This document shows, one piece after another, positions 15,545 through 25,096 of a stretch of 49,278 bases of DNA; the first letter of the stretch is position 1, and the number at the start of each line of letters is the position of its first letter. The DNA is taken from IMG/VR virus record IMGVR_UViG_3300045988_165978; one strand, written 5' to 3'. The DNA comes from a virus. Below the pieces are notes generated by a model. It searched no databases. It was not told where the DNA came from and saw only the letters and a program-made list of their open reading frames with translations. The position numbers were made by a program, and so were the translations under genes.

Positions 15545-18500
15545 GAATTAGCCACCCCCTTCAAGAGTGTTTTAATACCGCCTCTATTAGTGCTTATAGC
15601 TTTTATAAGTATGCCTATAACATAACTTTCGCCATCCCAAGTAGTTGATGTCTGCCGTGCTTCGAGTGGAGTACCACTTTCATTGATAAGTTCTACTTTG
15701 ATGTTGATATTATTGCTGTCGCTCCGGCTTTCGCCGCTGAACATTGCTTTTGTTTGCGCTGCGGTGTATACCCGCCCCGGCGTGCTAAAATCAACCACTT
15801 CCGGGCCTTCTTCTCCAACCAGATATAGTCCGGGAGAAGAATAACCGCCTTTAGCTCTTGTTCCTCCACCTATCTTTAAAGTGCTGGAAGGTACACTGGA
15901 AACTATGGTCCCGCCAAAATCCTGATATCTTATACCATTAGCAGCCGTTTTTATATTATTGGCGCCACCGATACCGAACATACTCATAATGGCATTCATA
16001 ACCAAACCCTGCATTATGACTTTCATCATCATATTGAGAATGTCGTTAGTAAGGTTTTTAAACAATTCTTTAGATGCCTCGGAGAAAGACTGCTGTTCGG
16101 TGATCATATTCTGACCAAAGCTTTCAAACTCTCCGATAATGCTGTCAAAGCCATCTACATAAGTTTGGTAAAAATCTGCCTGATAGTTTTTTACCACGTC
16201 CAAAGCATTTTCCCATGAAGCCGCCATATCTGAAGCTTGTGCCTCAACAAGATCCTGACTTGCCGCTGCATATTCCTGCTGGATACGAAGCATTTCTTCC
16301 TGCGTCAGCTTATCGCTTTCCAACATCTTCGCTAACTGCTGTTTATAGTTTTCCAGCTCTGCCATACGCATAGCGTCAATATTGCTGTAGTAATCTCCGT
16401 AACTGTCTTCCAACGCCTGCAGGCGTTCCATTTCCATGTTATGACTTTCAGTTACCCAGTCACGATTATTCTGAGCTTCTTTCAGTTCCCGATACTTATT
16501 TATCTTTTCCTGAACAGCACCTATTTCTGCAGCATCTACACCAGCTACTTTTGCCCGTTCAACAGTCGAATTCATTTCTTCGATCTGCGCTTCGAGTTTA
16601 GCTTGTGCTATTTCCAGTGGGGACTGCGTAAGCTCGGCTATATCGACATCCAGATCTTTAGTGAGTTCATCTATTTTAGTTTTCCACTTTGTAAGCTCTT
16701 TCAGTGCCTTGTCTGCCGCCGCTTTAGCCTTCTTATCTTCTTTCTCAGCGGATTTATCGCCAAAATCTTTCAGTGTTAATCTCTTGGCTTCTTCCATTGC
16801 TTCTTTTAATGCCGCATCGGGATCATAAGTCCATTTCGCCGCTTTTACGGCGTTTTCTGTCATAGCCCTCGGATTGAAATAAGGATTTTCTATTAAGTCC
16901 CAATCATCACTTTCACCCTGAGACAAATATTTATTATCTGCTGTGTTCGACAATGCGAGCTCGTATCTATGCAATACATCATCCAGAGATAAACCATTCA
17001 TCCCTGCATAAATACCAACCGTCCCGGCACCAACAGCCAACCCTGTACCTATAGCTGTACCACCAGCAGTACCCAATGTTGTAAGAAGCCCTGCTGCAGC
17101 TCCCATTTTTGCAACTTCTTTATATGCAGTGGACAACTTAGAAAGCCAGCCTATAAGCCCACCAATGGCACTTATTGCAATACCTACATTTATAGCTGTA
17201 TCTCCCATACTTTGTGCAAAATCGTTAGTATCATCCGTAAGCATTTGAACAGTAACACCTAGACCTGTCAATGCACTGCCAGCTCCTAACGCATAATTTT
17301 GCATCTTTTGCAGTTTTTTTCCATGCTCTAATGCTGCATTTGCTGCTAAAATATGTTTTTCCTGAGCATCAAGGGTTTGTCTTGCCAGATCCAGTTGCCC
17401 TTTAGCCGCTTGCCGCGCAGCCTGCAGTTGCAATTTCCCTGCTTCTTGTGCGGATACACCAAGTTTTTGATAATGTACAGCCGCAAGAGCAAGGTCATCT
17501 GCCAACTTCATATTATCTTTGCGCGCCGCCTTAACAACAGCATCACTGACTATTGCGCTTGTTTTTTGTGCTGTCTGTTTTTGGCGTTCAGCCTGTTCGA
17601 TTACCACCGCCGCATTTTTTGCCGCCTGTATCTCCTGCTGATACGCTCCCTGTGCCGCTATTTTATTTTGATTCCAGTAGCCGTTGACCTTCTGTACCGC
17701 CGTACCCAGCAAAGTCTGCGCCTGATATGCATTATTAGTCTGCGTAACTACATTCGCAATATCTAAAGCAACGTTACCAATTTTCCACGCCGCAAAAGCT
17801 ATGCCGACCTCTTTAGTATGATCCGCTAAAAAACCTGCGGCTGTACCGGCTTTTTCCAGAGCGGGAGTAACAATGGTACTAGCCGCACTACCCAGCTCAC
17901 CCATACCTTTTGCAGCGTTAACAACATGTTCGCTAAACGCCTTGATATTATCAACGGTTTCAGAATTCAACTCAAAAGTCTTCTGATTTAAGAACAGTTC
18001 GGCTATATCTTCCAGTATTTCCTTATAATAATCGTATAAGGGTTCCGTAGCTATTGCAGATGTTCTTGTGTAGCCTTCCTTGATTTGATCCGTCAAGCCA
18101 GCCATAGTTTTCGGCGTTTCCAAAGCTGCTGTTTTAAAACCTTCCATACGTTTCATAAGGAAGGCGTACAGACCTTCTGCACTGTTTTTAGCTTCTTTGA
18201 TATCGGCATCTGTAAGCCCCAAAGAGGTTGCCAGCGTACTGGATTGAGGACGGATACCGCCCTGCACCATATCACGTAATTCCTGGACGATCTGATTTCG
18301 GGGCAAACCTAATGATTTTACCGCGTTTACACCAACAGTTGTAAATTCTTTCAGCTGGTCTATCGTCATACCGGCTTCAAGACCTGGTCCCAGCAGGGCC
18401 CGGAATGCTTCAATTAAATCTTCACTGGTTGCAGCTGTTCTTAATGCGGCATCGTTTAAATCTTTTAGGATACCATTAGATATCCGCATTGCTGAATTCC

Positions 18501-18810
18501 ATTCCAGTGTTTTTCCATCCAGTTCAGTCATAGACTGTAATATACCGGATATACCGATTTGATTCGTTTCCATGTTTTTGGCAAACTCATAGGGAGCTTT
18601 TATAAGCTCACCTATAGCTCCGCCTGCAGTATACATACCAGTCAAAGCCGCAGTAACACCAGCCGCCTGCGCAGTAATACCACGAAAAATACTGGATGTA
18701 GAAGAAGCGGTTTTATTCAGATTAGATAAATTTTGTTGAGCTTTTAAAAGCCCTGGACTTAAAAGGTCCGTTAACGCTAACAAAATCCTTGTTTCTATAA
18801 CATTAGCCAC
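15541..18810 (-). CDS. tail tape measure protein (1089 aa)
   Basis: Very long Ala/Gln/Lys-rich coiled-coil protein between the chaperone genes and distal tail genes. Confidence 0.85.
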   Translation of the reverse strand: MANVIETRILLALTDLLSPGLLKAQQNLSNLNKTASSTSSIFRGITAQAAGVTAALTGMYTAGGAIGELIKAPYEFAKNMETNQIGISGILQSMTELDGKTLEWNSAMRISNGILKDLNDAALRTAATSEDLIEAFRALLGPGLEAGMTIDQLKEFTTVGVNAVKSLGLPRNQIVQELRDMVQGGIRPQSSTLATSLGLTDADIKEAKNSAEGLYAFLMKRMEGFKTAALETPKTMAGLTDQIKEGYTRTSAIATEPLYDYYKEILEDIAELFLNQKTFELNSETVDNIKAFSEHVVNAAKGMGELGSAASTIVTPALEKAGTAAGFLADHTKEVGIAFAAWKIGNVALDIANVVTQTNNAYQAQTLLGTAVQKVNGYWNQNKIAAQGAYQQEIQAAKNAAVVIEQAERQKQTAQKTSAIVSDAVVKAARKDNMKLADDLALAAVHYQKLGVSAQEAGKLQLQAARQAAKGQLDLARQTLDAQEKHILAANAALEHGKKLQKMQNYALGAGSALTGLGVTVQMLTDDTNDFAQSMGDTAINVGIAISAIGGLIGWLSKLSTAYKEVAKMGAAAGLLTTLGTAGGTAIGTGLAVGAGTVGIYAGMNGLSLDDVLHRYELALSNTADNKYLSQGESDDWDLIENPYFNPRAMTENAVKAAKWTYDPDAALKEAMEEAKRLTLKDFGDKSAEKEDKKAKAAADKALKELTKWKTKIDELTKDLDVDIAELTQSPLEIAQAKLEAQIEEMNSTVERAKVAGVDAAEIGAVQEKINKYRELKEAQNNRDWVTESHNMEMERLQALEDSYGDYYSNIDAMRMAELENYKQQLAKMLESDKLTQEEMLRIQQEYAAASQDLVEAQASDMAASWENALDVVKNYQADFYQTYVDGFDSIIGEFESFGQNMITEQQSFSEASKELFKNLTNDILNMMMKVIMQGLVMNAIMSMFGIGGANNIKTAANGIRYQDFGGTIVSSVPSSTLKIGGGTRAKGGYSSPGLYLVGEEGPEVVDFSTPGRVYTAAQTKAMFSGESRSDSNNINIKVELINESGTPLEARQTSTTWDGESYVIGILIKAISTNRGGIKTLLKGVANS

Positions 18811-19060
18811 TTCTTACTACTCCTTTCCTTACCGGATTTTCTTTCCTGGTCTTCTCAATAAACGCCTGTATTTCAATATCTTCCAACTTCTGTAATTTCT
18901 CCATCAGCAGTTCACTAACCCTGATTTTGTACCGATCAAAAATGTAGCTTGCACTCTGCCAGTCCACACCCTGCGGAACAGCACCGCCAATACCTATTGC
19001 ACAACGTTTACAATTCCTTATCAAATACCACGCCATCATTGCTTCCCTGTTTCCTTCCAT
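18803..19060 (-). CDS. hypothetical protein (85 aa), possible second tail-chaperone component
   Basis: Position between the chaperone-like gene and the tape measure. No obvious slippery sequence. Confidence 0.35.
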   Translation of the reverse strand: MEGNREAMMAWYLIRNCKRCAIGIGGAVPQGVDWQSASYIFDRYKIRVSELLMEKLQKLEDIEIQAFIEKTRKENPVRKGVVRSG

Positions 19061-19110
19061 AAGCTCCGGCGGTCGGTATTTGCAGGTTTCACAGTCAAGC
19101 GGCTGCTTTG

Positions 19111-19434
19111 TTATTTCCCGGAGACGTCGGCAGTCTTTACAATATTCGCCTCGCTCACGCTGCCATTTGTCGAGGTCTTCAAGTTTTTTATTTCGTCCGT
19201 ACGAATATTACTTGTCAGACTGACCGTAGTTGTATAAATAGCCATAAGCTCACCGGGAGAAAAACTATTTATATCTTTCACCCCGTACACATGTTCCATT
19301 ACCCACGGAACAATTTTGCTCAGATATTCTTTTCCGGATACTTTATTTTCTGCAAGGCTGTCCGAGAATTCGTTATATTCCACATTTTCTTCCCATGTCA
19401 TAGCTCTGCATTCCAACAATACTTTCTTAGCCAT
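19111..19434 (-). CDS. tail assembly chaperone (107 aa, acidic)
   Basis: Small acidic protein between the major tail gene and the tape measure. Confidence 0.45.
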   Translation of the reverse strand: MAKKVLLECRAMTWEENVEYNEFSDSLAENKVSGKEYLSKIVPWVMEHVYGVKDINSFSPGELMAIYTTTVSLTSNIRTDEIKNLKTSTNGSVSEANIVKTADVSGK

Positions 19435-19450
19435 TTTTCCTGCTCCTTCC

Positions 19451-20434
19451 TTACGCTTCTACTGTTTTAGTGTATTTTTCAGTCTTATTGATCAAAGTCA
19501 CAACTACGCTGCTGTTCTGTGCATTTTCTTTATAAAATGCGCTGTAATCCAGCGTTTGTTTGATTCCTGTAGGTCCGTCAATACTTGGCGTATTTCGAGA
19601 AATTTTCATTTCCGGATACAGGAAAGAAAGGCTAAAATCCCCTGTTTCAAAAAGAATTTCCGCACTGATAGTAGTACTTTCTTCCGCATATTTGATAAAC
19701 GTATCATCGGTGAAAAATGCGGTCATACTACCGGAAAGATTCAAGATACCTTCATTCAATGCTGCCCTGAACCCCTTGCCACCTATAGCGTAAGTATCAC
19801 CGTCAAGGTTCATATTCATTTCCATAGATACTTCGGTACAAATAGCGACAAGTTCTCCGTTGATCTTAAACGAAGCCATAAAGTTACTGAAACGGTCAAA
19901 ATTCAAGGTTCTCGGGGACGAGCTGATAGTAGCATCAAGAATAGTTTCATTGGCTCCCATCATGTCAATATTTGCCGTCAGTTCTCCGTCGCCGCCAACG
20001 GTAATACTCATAGTATTTACCTTGCAGCCGCTGTATTTTGCATAAACGCCAATATCAGGAAATGATTTTTCTATAATCAGCGAGGGCTGTCTCCGGGACG
20101 GCTTAAATACATGTTTGTATGTGCCGCCGGTATCTCCCGCAGTGGTAGTCGGTTCATCAAAAATAGCCATAAGCCAATAGCCAAAAGATGTTCCATCTAC
20201 CGGAGCTACAAGTTGTCCTGCTACGTCGATATTACCCATAATCGGTTCGACAGGGTCACGCCGCCCTGTAATGGTACTTGGATCTGTTTTATTTTGTGTT
20301 GCAGTCAGGGCATTAGAATTGAACGGTAAAGAAATTGCCCTTGTCGCTAAATCACTGGGATCTGTTTTATATGCATCCTCAAAAGCAATCAAGCTTTGCG
20401 TATATACGCCTTGTTGCTGTTCGCCATTTGCCAT
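19451..20434 (-). CDS. major tail (tube) protein (327 aa)
   Basis: Position upstream of chaperone/tape measure. No sheath gene present, hence siphovirus-type. Confidence 0.55.
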   Translation of the reverse strand: MANGEQQQGVYTQSLIAFEDAYKTDPSDLATRAISLPFNSNALTATQNKTDPSTITGRRDPVEPIMGNIDVAGQLVAPVDGTSFGYWLMAIFDEPTTTAGDTGGTYKHVFKPSRRQPSLIIEKSFPDIGVYAKYSGCKVNTMSITVGGDGELTANIDMMGANETILDATISSSPRTLNFDRFSNFMASFKINGELVAICTEVSMEMNMNLDGDTYAIGGKGFRAALNEGILNLSGSMTAFFTDDTFIKYAEESTTISAEILFETGDFSLSFLYPEMKISRNTPSIDGPTGIKQTLDYSAFYKENAQNSSVVVTLINKTEKYTKTVEA

Positions 20435-20467
20435 TTTATTTCACCTCTCATTTTTATTACTTGTCTG

Positions 20468-21223
20468 TTATTGAACTGTACCGCCTGAGCTGGCTAACAA
20501 ACGCTGAATTTCAGGCACAACAGAAGGGAAATACCTGAATGTGTCAACTTCCCTTTTTTTATTGTATTTACAGGTAGTGTGATACCATTGGCCATATTTT
20601 TCGGTTTTCAACCCATATTTATTAGCGATACGCCCAACCATACTGCCGCTAATTCCACATTGGGCGCCAACTTCTTCCGCACTTAATGTGTCCGCCATAC
20701 CGCCCAGCATTGGCATTATTTCTCTGCCTGCCAAAATATCTACAGCATTTTTATTGCAGATTTCTTTATAGTTATCACTTTTGGTATTTTCTGCACACTT
20801 TAAAATCAATGCCGCCATTCTTGCCCGGCTGTTATTAAGACGTGCTTTGCTGTTATTTAGCTTCGCTTCTACTTCTTTAGCTTTCATTTCTGATCCATAG
20901 CTGCCGGTTTTCCGAATCGCAGGAAGTACATCACTTGTTACCCAGCGTTTGAATTGTTTTGCGGCAGGCAACTTGCTAGATAGAATTAATGAGTATAATC
21001 CGCTTTCGTTGATAACTAACAGCTCTTGTTCTCCGCCATTAGTAAGGGTACGCTGTTTTAGCGTATCCTCTGTATCAACGTGTTTTCTAATAGCTTCTGC
21101 TGGTCGAACATAACCTAATATCTCCGCTACATCTTTGCCAACAAACCATGGCTCGTTATTTCTTTCAATTACTCTAACTTTGCCAAAAGCTTCATTTTCA
21201 AAAATTTTCAGTTCAGTTTTCAT
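20468..21223 (-). CDS. phage antirepressor, Bro-N + KilA-C domains (251 aa)
   Basis: N-terminus FENEAFGKVRVIERNNEPWFVGKDVAEILGY matches Bro-N. C-terminal KilAC/ORF6C-like region. Inserted inside the structural module. Confidence 0.7.
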   Translation of the reverse strand: MKTELKIFENEAFGKVRVIERNNEPWFVGKDVAEILGYVRPAEAIRKHVDTEDTLKQRTLTNGGEQELLVINESGLYSLILSSKLPAAKQFKRWVTSDVLPAIRKTGSYGSEMKAKEVEAKLNNSKARLNNSRARMAALILKCAENTKSDNYKEICNKNAVDILAGREIMPMLGGMADTLSAEEVGAQCGISGSMVGRIANKYGLKTEKYGQWYHTTCKYNKKREVDTFRYFPSVVPEIQRLLASSGGTVQ

Positions 21224-21255
21224 TGTTTCTACCTCACTTACTTTATCAACGGATT

Positions 21256-21765
21256 TTAAAAATCTGTCATACCTATCGGTCCCAAAATCTGCTCAAACTC
21301 CCATTCCAAATGTATTAAAGCCGTCCATAACCGCCCCGCCTGGTCCACTTCGCCAGTGAATACGACTTGAAATACCTTCGGAGGAAGCTTTTTATCCTTG
21401 TAGTTATTAAGCTCCTGCTGAATTATCTGTATGATGTCAGATGCCAGCTTATAACTTCTCAGGATGTAAACCTCACTGTCGGTAACAACGTAATTATCTT
21501 CGCCTGCTGCTTCACTTGATACACCAACAACAAGATCGCAGGAATATTCAGCCTGTTTTGCCAGCCCTTCGACTTTCCCCGCATTATAAAACATCAGATA
21601 CGGGACTGAATTTATATCCGGTACTTCGTTTGTATTGGCGTATTCTACAGCAACAGTTATTCCTTTGCCGAATTCCTGCTGGCAATAATCATCCAATGTT
21701 TGAGAGTTTTTCAGATATTCTGCCAGTTTCCGGCTCATTTCAACCATATTAATCTGCTGCAGCAT
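21256..21765 (-). CDS. hypothetical structural protein (169 aa), possibly tail terminator/completion
   Basis: Position between head-tail joining genes and the tail tube. Confidence 0.4.
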   Translation of the reverse strand: MLQQINMVEMSRKLAEYLKNSQTLDDYCQQEFGKGITVAVEYANTNEVPDINSVPYLMFYNAGKVEGLAKQAEYSCDLVVGVSSEAAGEDNYVVTDSEVYILRSYKLASDIIQIIQQELNNYKDKKLPPKVFQVVFTGEVDQAGRLWTALIHLEWEFEQILGPIGMTDF

Positions 21766-22339
21766 TTAAATTCTTATACACCGTATATTTACGGCCCTTT
21801 CCTTTCTTTTTATCAAAACCGCCATTTTCCATATACTCCTGCACTCGCTGCCTTACATAGCCTGGTATTGCCGGTGCGATCAACATATACGATTCTTCAA
21901 CGAACGGCCGTGCTGGCGTTGTCAGGGTCTCTGTCGTCGGCCTTAAATGAATGCCTTTCCTGTGGAAATCTCTCCGCATTCCCGGAGTTACCAGTTTCGT
22001 ATAACCGAACTCCTGCCTGTTTCCCTCATAAGCCGCTGTGCGGCTTGTCCAGCCAACACTTACGCTATTATTAGAGGCATTGTAGGCATAACCTAACGCA
22101 TTCCGCAGTTTCCCGTACCATTCTTCCGGTGCGGTTTTTACCAGTTTCTGACGTTCTGCGAGTGGCCAGCGTTCCTTCCAATTTTGGCCAGGGAAATCAC
22201 CGCGGATGTCTTTTTTCAGTTGCTTCTGGACCATATAGCCCGTACTTTTCAAAACGCTTCTTATAAACCTCGGATTATCCTGTAGCCAGCGTTTTATCTG
22301 CGGTGTTATATTATCTTCCAACGTGATTTTGAAATACAT
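21749..22339 (-). CDS. head-tail joining / virion morphogenesis protein candidate (196 aa)
   Basis: Position; basic protein. Confidence 0.4.
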   Translation of the reverse strand: MYFKITLEDNITPQIKRWLQDNPRFIRSVLKSTGYMVQKQLKKDIRGDFPGQNWKERWPLAERQKLVKTAPEEWYGKLRNALGYAYNASNNSVSVGWTSRTAAYEGNRQEFGYTKLVTPGMRRDFHRKGIHLRPTTETLTTPARPFVEESYMLIAPAIPGYVRQRVQEYMENGGFDKKKGKGRKYTVYKNLNAAAD

Positions 22340-22692
22340 TATTTCTCAAATCCTCTCGCAAAGCCCTTATTATTCTTAGAGCACGACAAAACTATGGTAT
22401 CGGCTATCGTGTCCCAAAGAGATAATTTATCAACCCGCCATTCACTGTTTTTGTGGATTATCTTATCTCCCGGTTTAAACCCCTGAATATCCTCAGCCAA
22501 GAAAGTAAATTCTGCTTCATCTCGAACCGCATCATTTACCGTAGTATTCCGAAAAAAGTTTTTTCGTACCGCTGCCGCCGATCCGATATTGACTATTGCA
22601 GGTACTTCTTTGCCGTTATATATCACAGGTTCGACTAATTCACTTTGCCATATTGATTCTCTGACCGCCTCTTTTATGCTCATATGATCCAC
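22339..22692 (-). CDS. head-tail connector candidate (117 aa)
   Basis: Position downstream of head genes. Confidence 0.4.
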   Translation of the reverse strand: MDHMSIKEAVRESIWQSELVEPVIYNGKEVPAIVNIGSAAAVRKNFFRNTTVNDAVRDEAEFTFLAEDIQGFKPGDKIIHKNSEWRVDKLSLWDTIADTIVLSCSKNNKGFARGFEK

Positions 22693-22727
22693 CTTAGAAA
22701 GAAGGCGGACTAAGCCGCCTTCCTGAT

Positions 22728-23096
22728 TTAGTTGATTTTTACAAAAACCTTACCGGCAGAAGAAGCCGCGTCTTCCCATACGATACCAGCCAGGACTTTA
22801 TCGTCTTCTGCTAACACTGCAGGTTCTTCTGCTTCGGATAATGCCGCTGCCGCCGCAGGTGCGGTTGCTGTAATTTTTTTAGTGGTTTTGTCGTAATAAA
22901 CTTTTTTGCCTTGTTTCAGTTCTTCTTCCCCTTTTGGAAGCGCAAATACACCTTCCATATAGACGGCGATCAAATCACCGGTAGACGCACTTGTCGCAGC
23001 AATACCGATAACGTCATTAATGACGATAATATCACCTCGTACAACGTCCTCAGTGCATACATAATCAAGATTCTCACCTTGTCGTCTAAACAACAT
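22728..23096 (-). CDS. DUF2190-family capsid-associated protein (putative decoration/cement protein, 122 aa)
   Basis: Motif GDIIVINDVIGIAATSASTGDLIAVYMEGVF.LPK is typical of DUF2190. Directly after the capsid gene. Confidence 0.5.
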   Translation of the reverse strand: MLFRRQGENLDYVCTEDVVRGDIIVINDVIGIAATSASTGDLIAVYMEGVFALPKGEEELKQGKKVYYDKTTKKITATAPAAAAALSEAEEPAVLAEDDKVLAGIVWEDAASSAGKVFVKIN

Positions 23097-23116
23097 TTTC
23101 TATCACTCCTTATAAC

Positions 23117-25096
23117 TTATTTACCCGGATTTTTTACCAGGCCACGAGTATCTAAAACATTGATTGCAAAATCGTGATACATACGGAATTTGATGCCCAA
23201 AGTGTTAAAGTCTGTACCAGTTTCAATGATCGGCGCAGAATTACCGTTCAGATAGCAGACTTCAATGGTATGGACCTGCCCTTTGGTTGCTACCAGATAA
23301 TAAGCGGTTTCGCCGCTCAATTCGTCCAAAGTAGCATCTACGATCAGCTCTAAATTACTGCGGCTTCTGTTAGCCGGATTGCTTACACCGCTATTTTTAC
23401 CTTCCGGATCAGCGGTAGAGGTCAAAAGCTGTTCTGCTGTAGTTTCCAACGCCGCCGGAATGATCAGATATTTCGGCACGATGTTGAGTACCATTTTTTC
23501 GCCCAGCTTTTGTTTACGCATCAGTTTTTTAGCTTCGCCCAGGGATTTTACAGACAATGCCGCAGCAGTTCCCAGATTGCCCTTGTCATTGCTGTAGTTT
23601 TCTGCTTTCACCAATGCCTGATATGCAAGATAGTTCTTGTAGCGTTCCATAGAAGCGCGCATCAGACGAGGCACAGAAGTCAGAACACCCAAATCATCGT
23701 TGATCATCATTTCACGGCTGAAATTCGTAGCGTCGCCATAGGTTGCCAGTTGTACGCCAACAGAAGCATCCTGCAGTTCGCTGTAGCTGAATTCGCCGCC
23801 TTCCGGAATTTGTACCGGCGCCATAGCGTCATAAATAAGATAGCGTTTAGCTAGTTTGAAATCGCTGTTGCTGCCTGTTTGCGTCCATTCCTGATAAGTA
23901 GTTCCAACCTCAACATAACCGCTGGACATACTCTTGTGTGCGATATTATCTGCAATAGAAGCTAACGCACTGGTAGTGGTCAGCGCACGTTTTAAAAGTT
24001 CACGTTCAGTAAGAACGTTAATACCGCGCTCACCCGCATCTTCCAGTACCATACGAGCAATATCCACAAAACGACGATTGCGGAATTCATCCGCACCCGG
24101 AGCGGGTTTCTCCAATACGCCGCCATGTCTCAGGAACAGGCCGTCTACGATAGCCGCACGTTTTTTGTCCGCTTCGTCTTCGGTAACTTTACATTTCGGC
24201 GGGTCAGTTGGCTTATACCGTTCCTGCATAATAGCAAGGGCACGTTCATTAGCTTTCTCAATAGTGCAGGTCGCATCGTTCAGCATTTCATCCATATCTT
24301 TTTCCTCGATTTTCAAGTTACGACACAAAATACGGATGTTATTTTGGCGTTGAAATTCTTCTTTTTTAGCGGTTGCCTTAGCTTCACGCTCTAAGGCTTC
24401 TCTTTCTTCTGGTGTCATTTTTTCTCCATCTCCTTTTTTATCGTCTTGTTGTTCGCCGTCGTTTTTAGCGCGGGAACTTTCGGAAGCATTTTTATCTTCC
24501 GAGTTATCTCCGTCTTCCGGTTCAGGTTCTTTTCCTTCTCCCAGAGCGCGGAAATAATTGGGATCATATAACCTGCTTCGCCCCACTCCTACGGTGGCAT
24601 CTGCTGGTATAGATACAATACTGATTTCAAACGCTTCCCATTTGTCCCCAATCAATGCCGGTCCTTCGATACCGTCAGAACTGGTTTCGTCACGTTTGAG
24701 AATGCTGTAATCCATAATGTCATAGCCTACGGACACGCCTCGCAGGCTGCCGCTGGCAACTTTACGCATAATGTTTTCTGAAAAATCATCATCATCGAAG
24801 GTAATATCTGCATAAGCACGGCCGTTTTCGGTCCAGAGTTTGTCTACCCGGGCTATGACCTGGTTTTTGTTATGGTTGAACAAAACCGGCATAACTCCGG
24901 CTTTAAACCGTTCACTGCCCATAGCAGTGTCATTCACACGCAGTATTTCCTTACCGTACCAATAGTCTCTTACTGGTGTTTCAGAGGCAAAAGATAGCCT
25001 TGCACTCCTGTTTTCGGCGTTAAAATCAATCAGTGTCGCTCCCCTCATTCTTGGGGCTGTCGCCGCCTGTTCCGCCGTTATCTTCTTTTGTGGCAT
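23117..25096 (-). CDS. prohead protease (HK97/U35-like N-terminus) - acidic scaffold-like linker - major capsid protein fusion (659 aa)
   Basis: N-terminal protease-like region (..SLRGVSVGYDIMDY..). Central Glu/Lys/Asp-rich segment. C-terminal about 300 aa capsid-like. No separate major capsid gene elsewhere. Confidence 0.6.
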   Translation of the reverse strand: MPQKKITAEQAATAPRMRGATLIDFNAENRSARLSFASETPVRDYWYGKEILRVNDTAMGSERFKAGVMPVLFNHNKNQVIARVDKLWTENGRAYADITFDDDDFSENIMRKVASGSLRGVSVGYDIMDYSILKRDETSSDGIEGPALIGDKWEAFEISIVSIPADATVGVGRSRLYDPNYFRALGEGKEPEPEDGDNSEDKNASESSRAKNDGEQQDDKKGDGEKMTPEEREALEREAKATAKKEEFQRQNNIRILCRNLKIEEKDMDEMLNDATCTIEKANERALAIMQERYKPTDPPKCKVTEDEADKKRAAIVDGLFLRHGGVLEKPAPGADEFRNRRFVDIARMVLEDAGERGINVLTERELLKRALTTTSALASIADNIAHKSMSSGYVEVGTTYQEWTQTGSNSDFKLAKRYLIYDAMAPVQIPEGGEFSYSELQDASVGVQLATYGDATNFSREMMINDDLGVLTSVPRLMRASMERYKNYLAYQALVKAENYSNDKGNLGTAAALSVKSLGEAKKLMRKQKLGEKMVLNIVPKYLIIPAALETTAEQLLTSTADPEGKNSGVSNPANRSRSNLELIVDATLDELSGETAYYLVATKGQVHTIEVCYLNGNSAPIIETGTDFNTLGIKFRMYHDFAINVLDTRGLVKNPGK

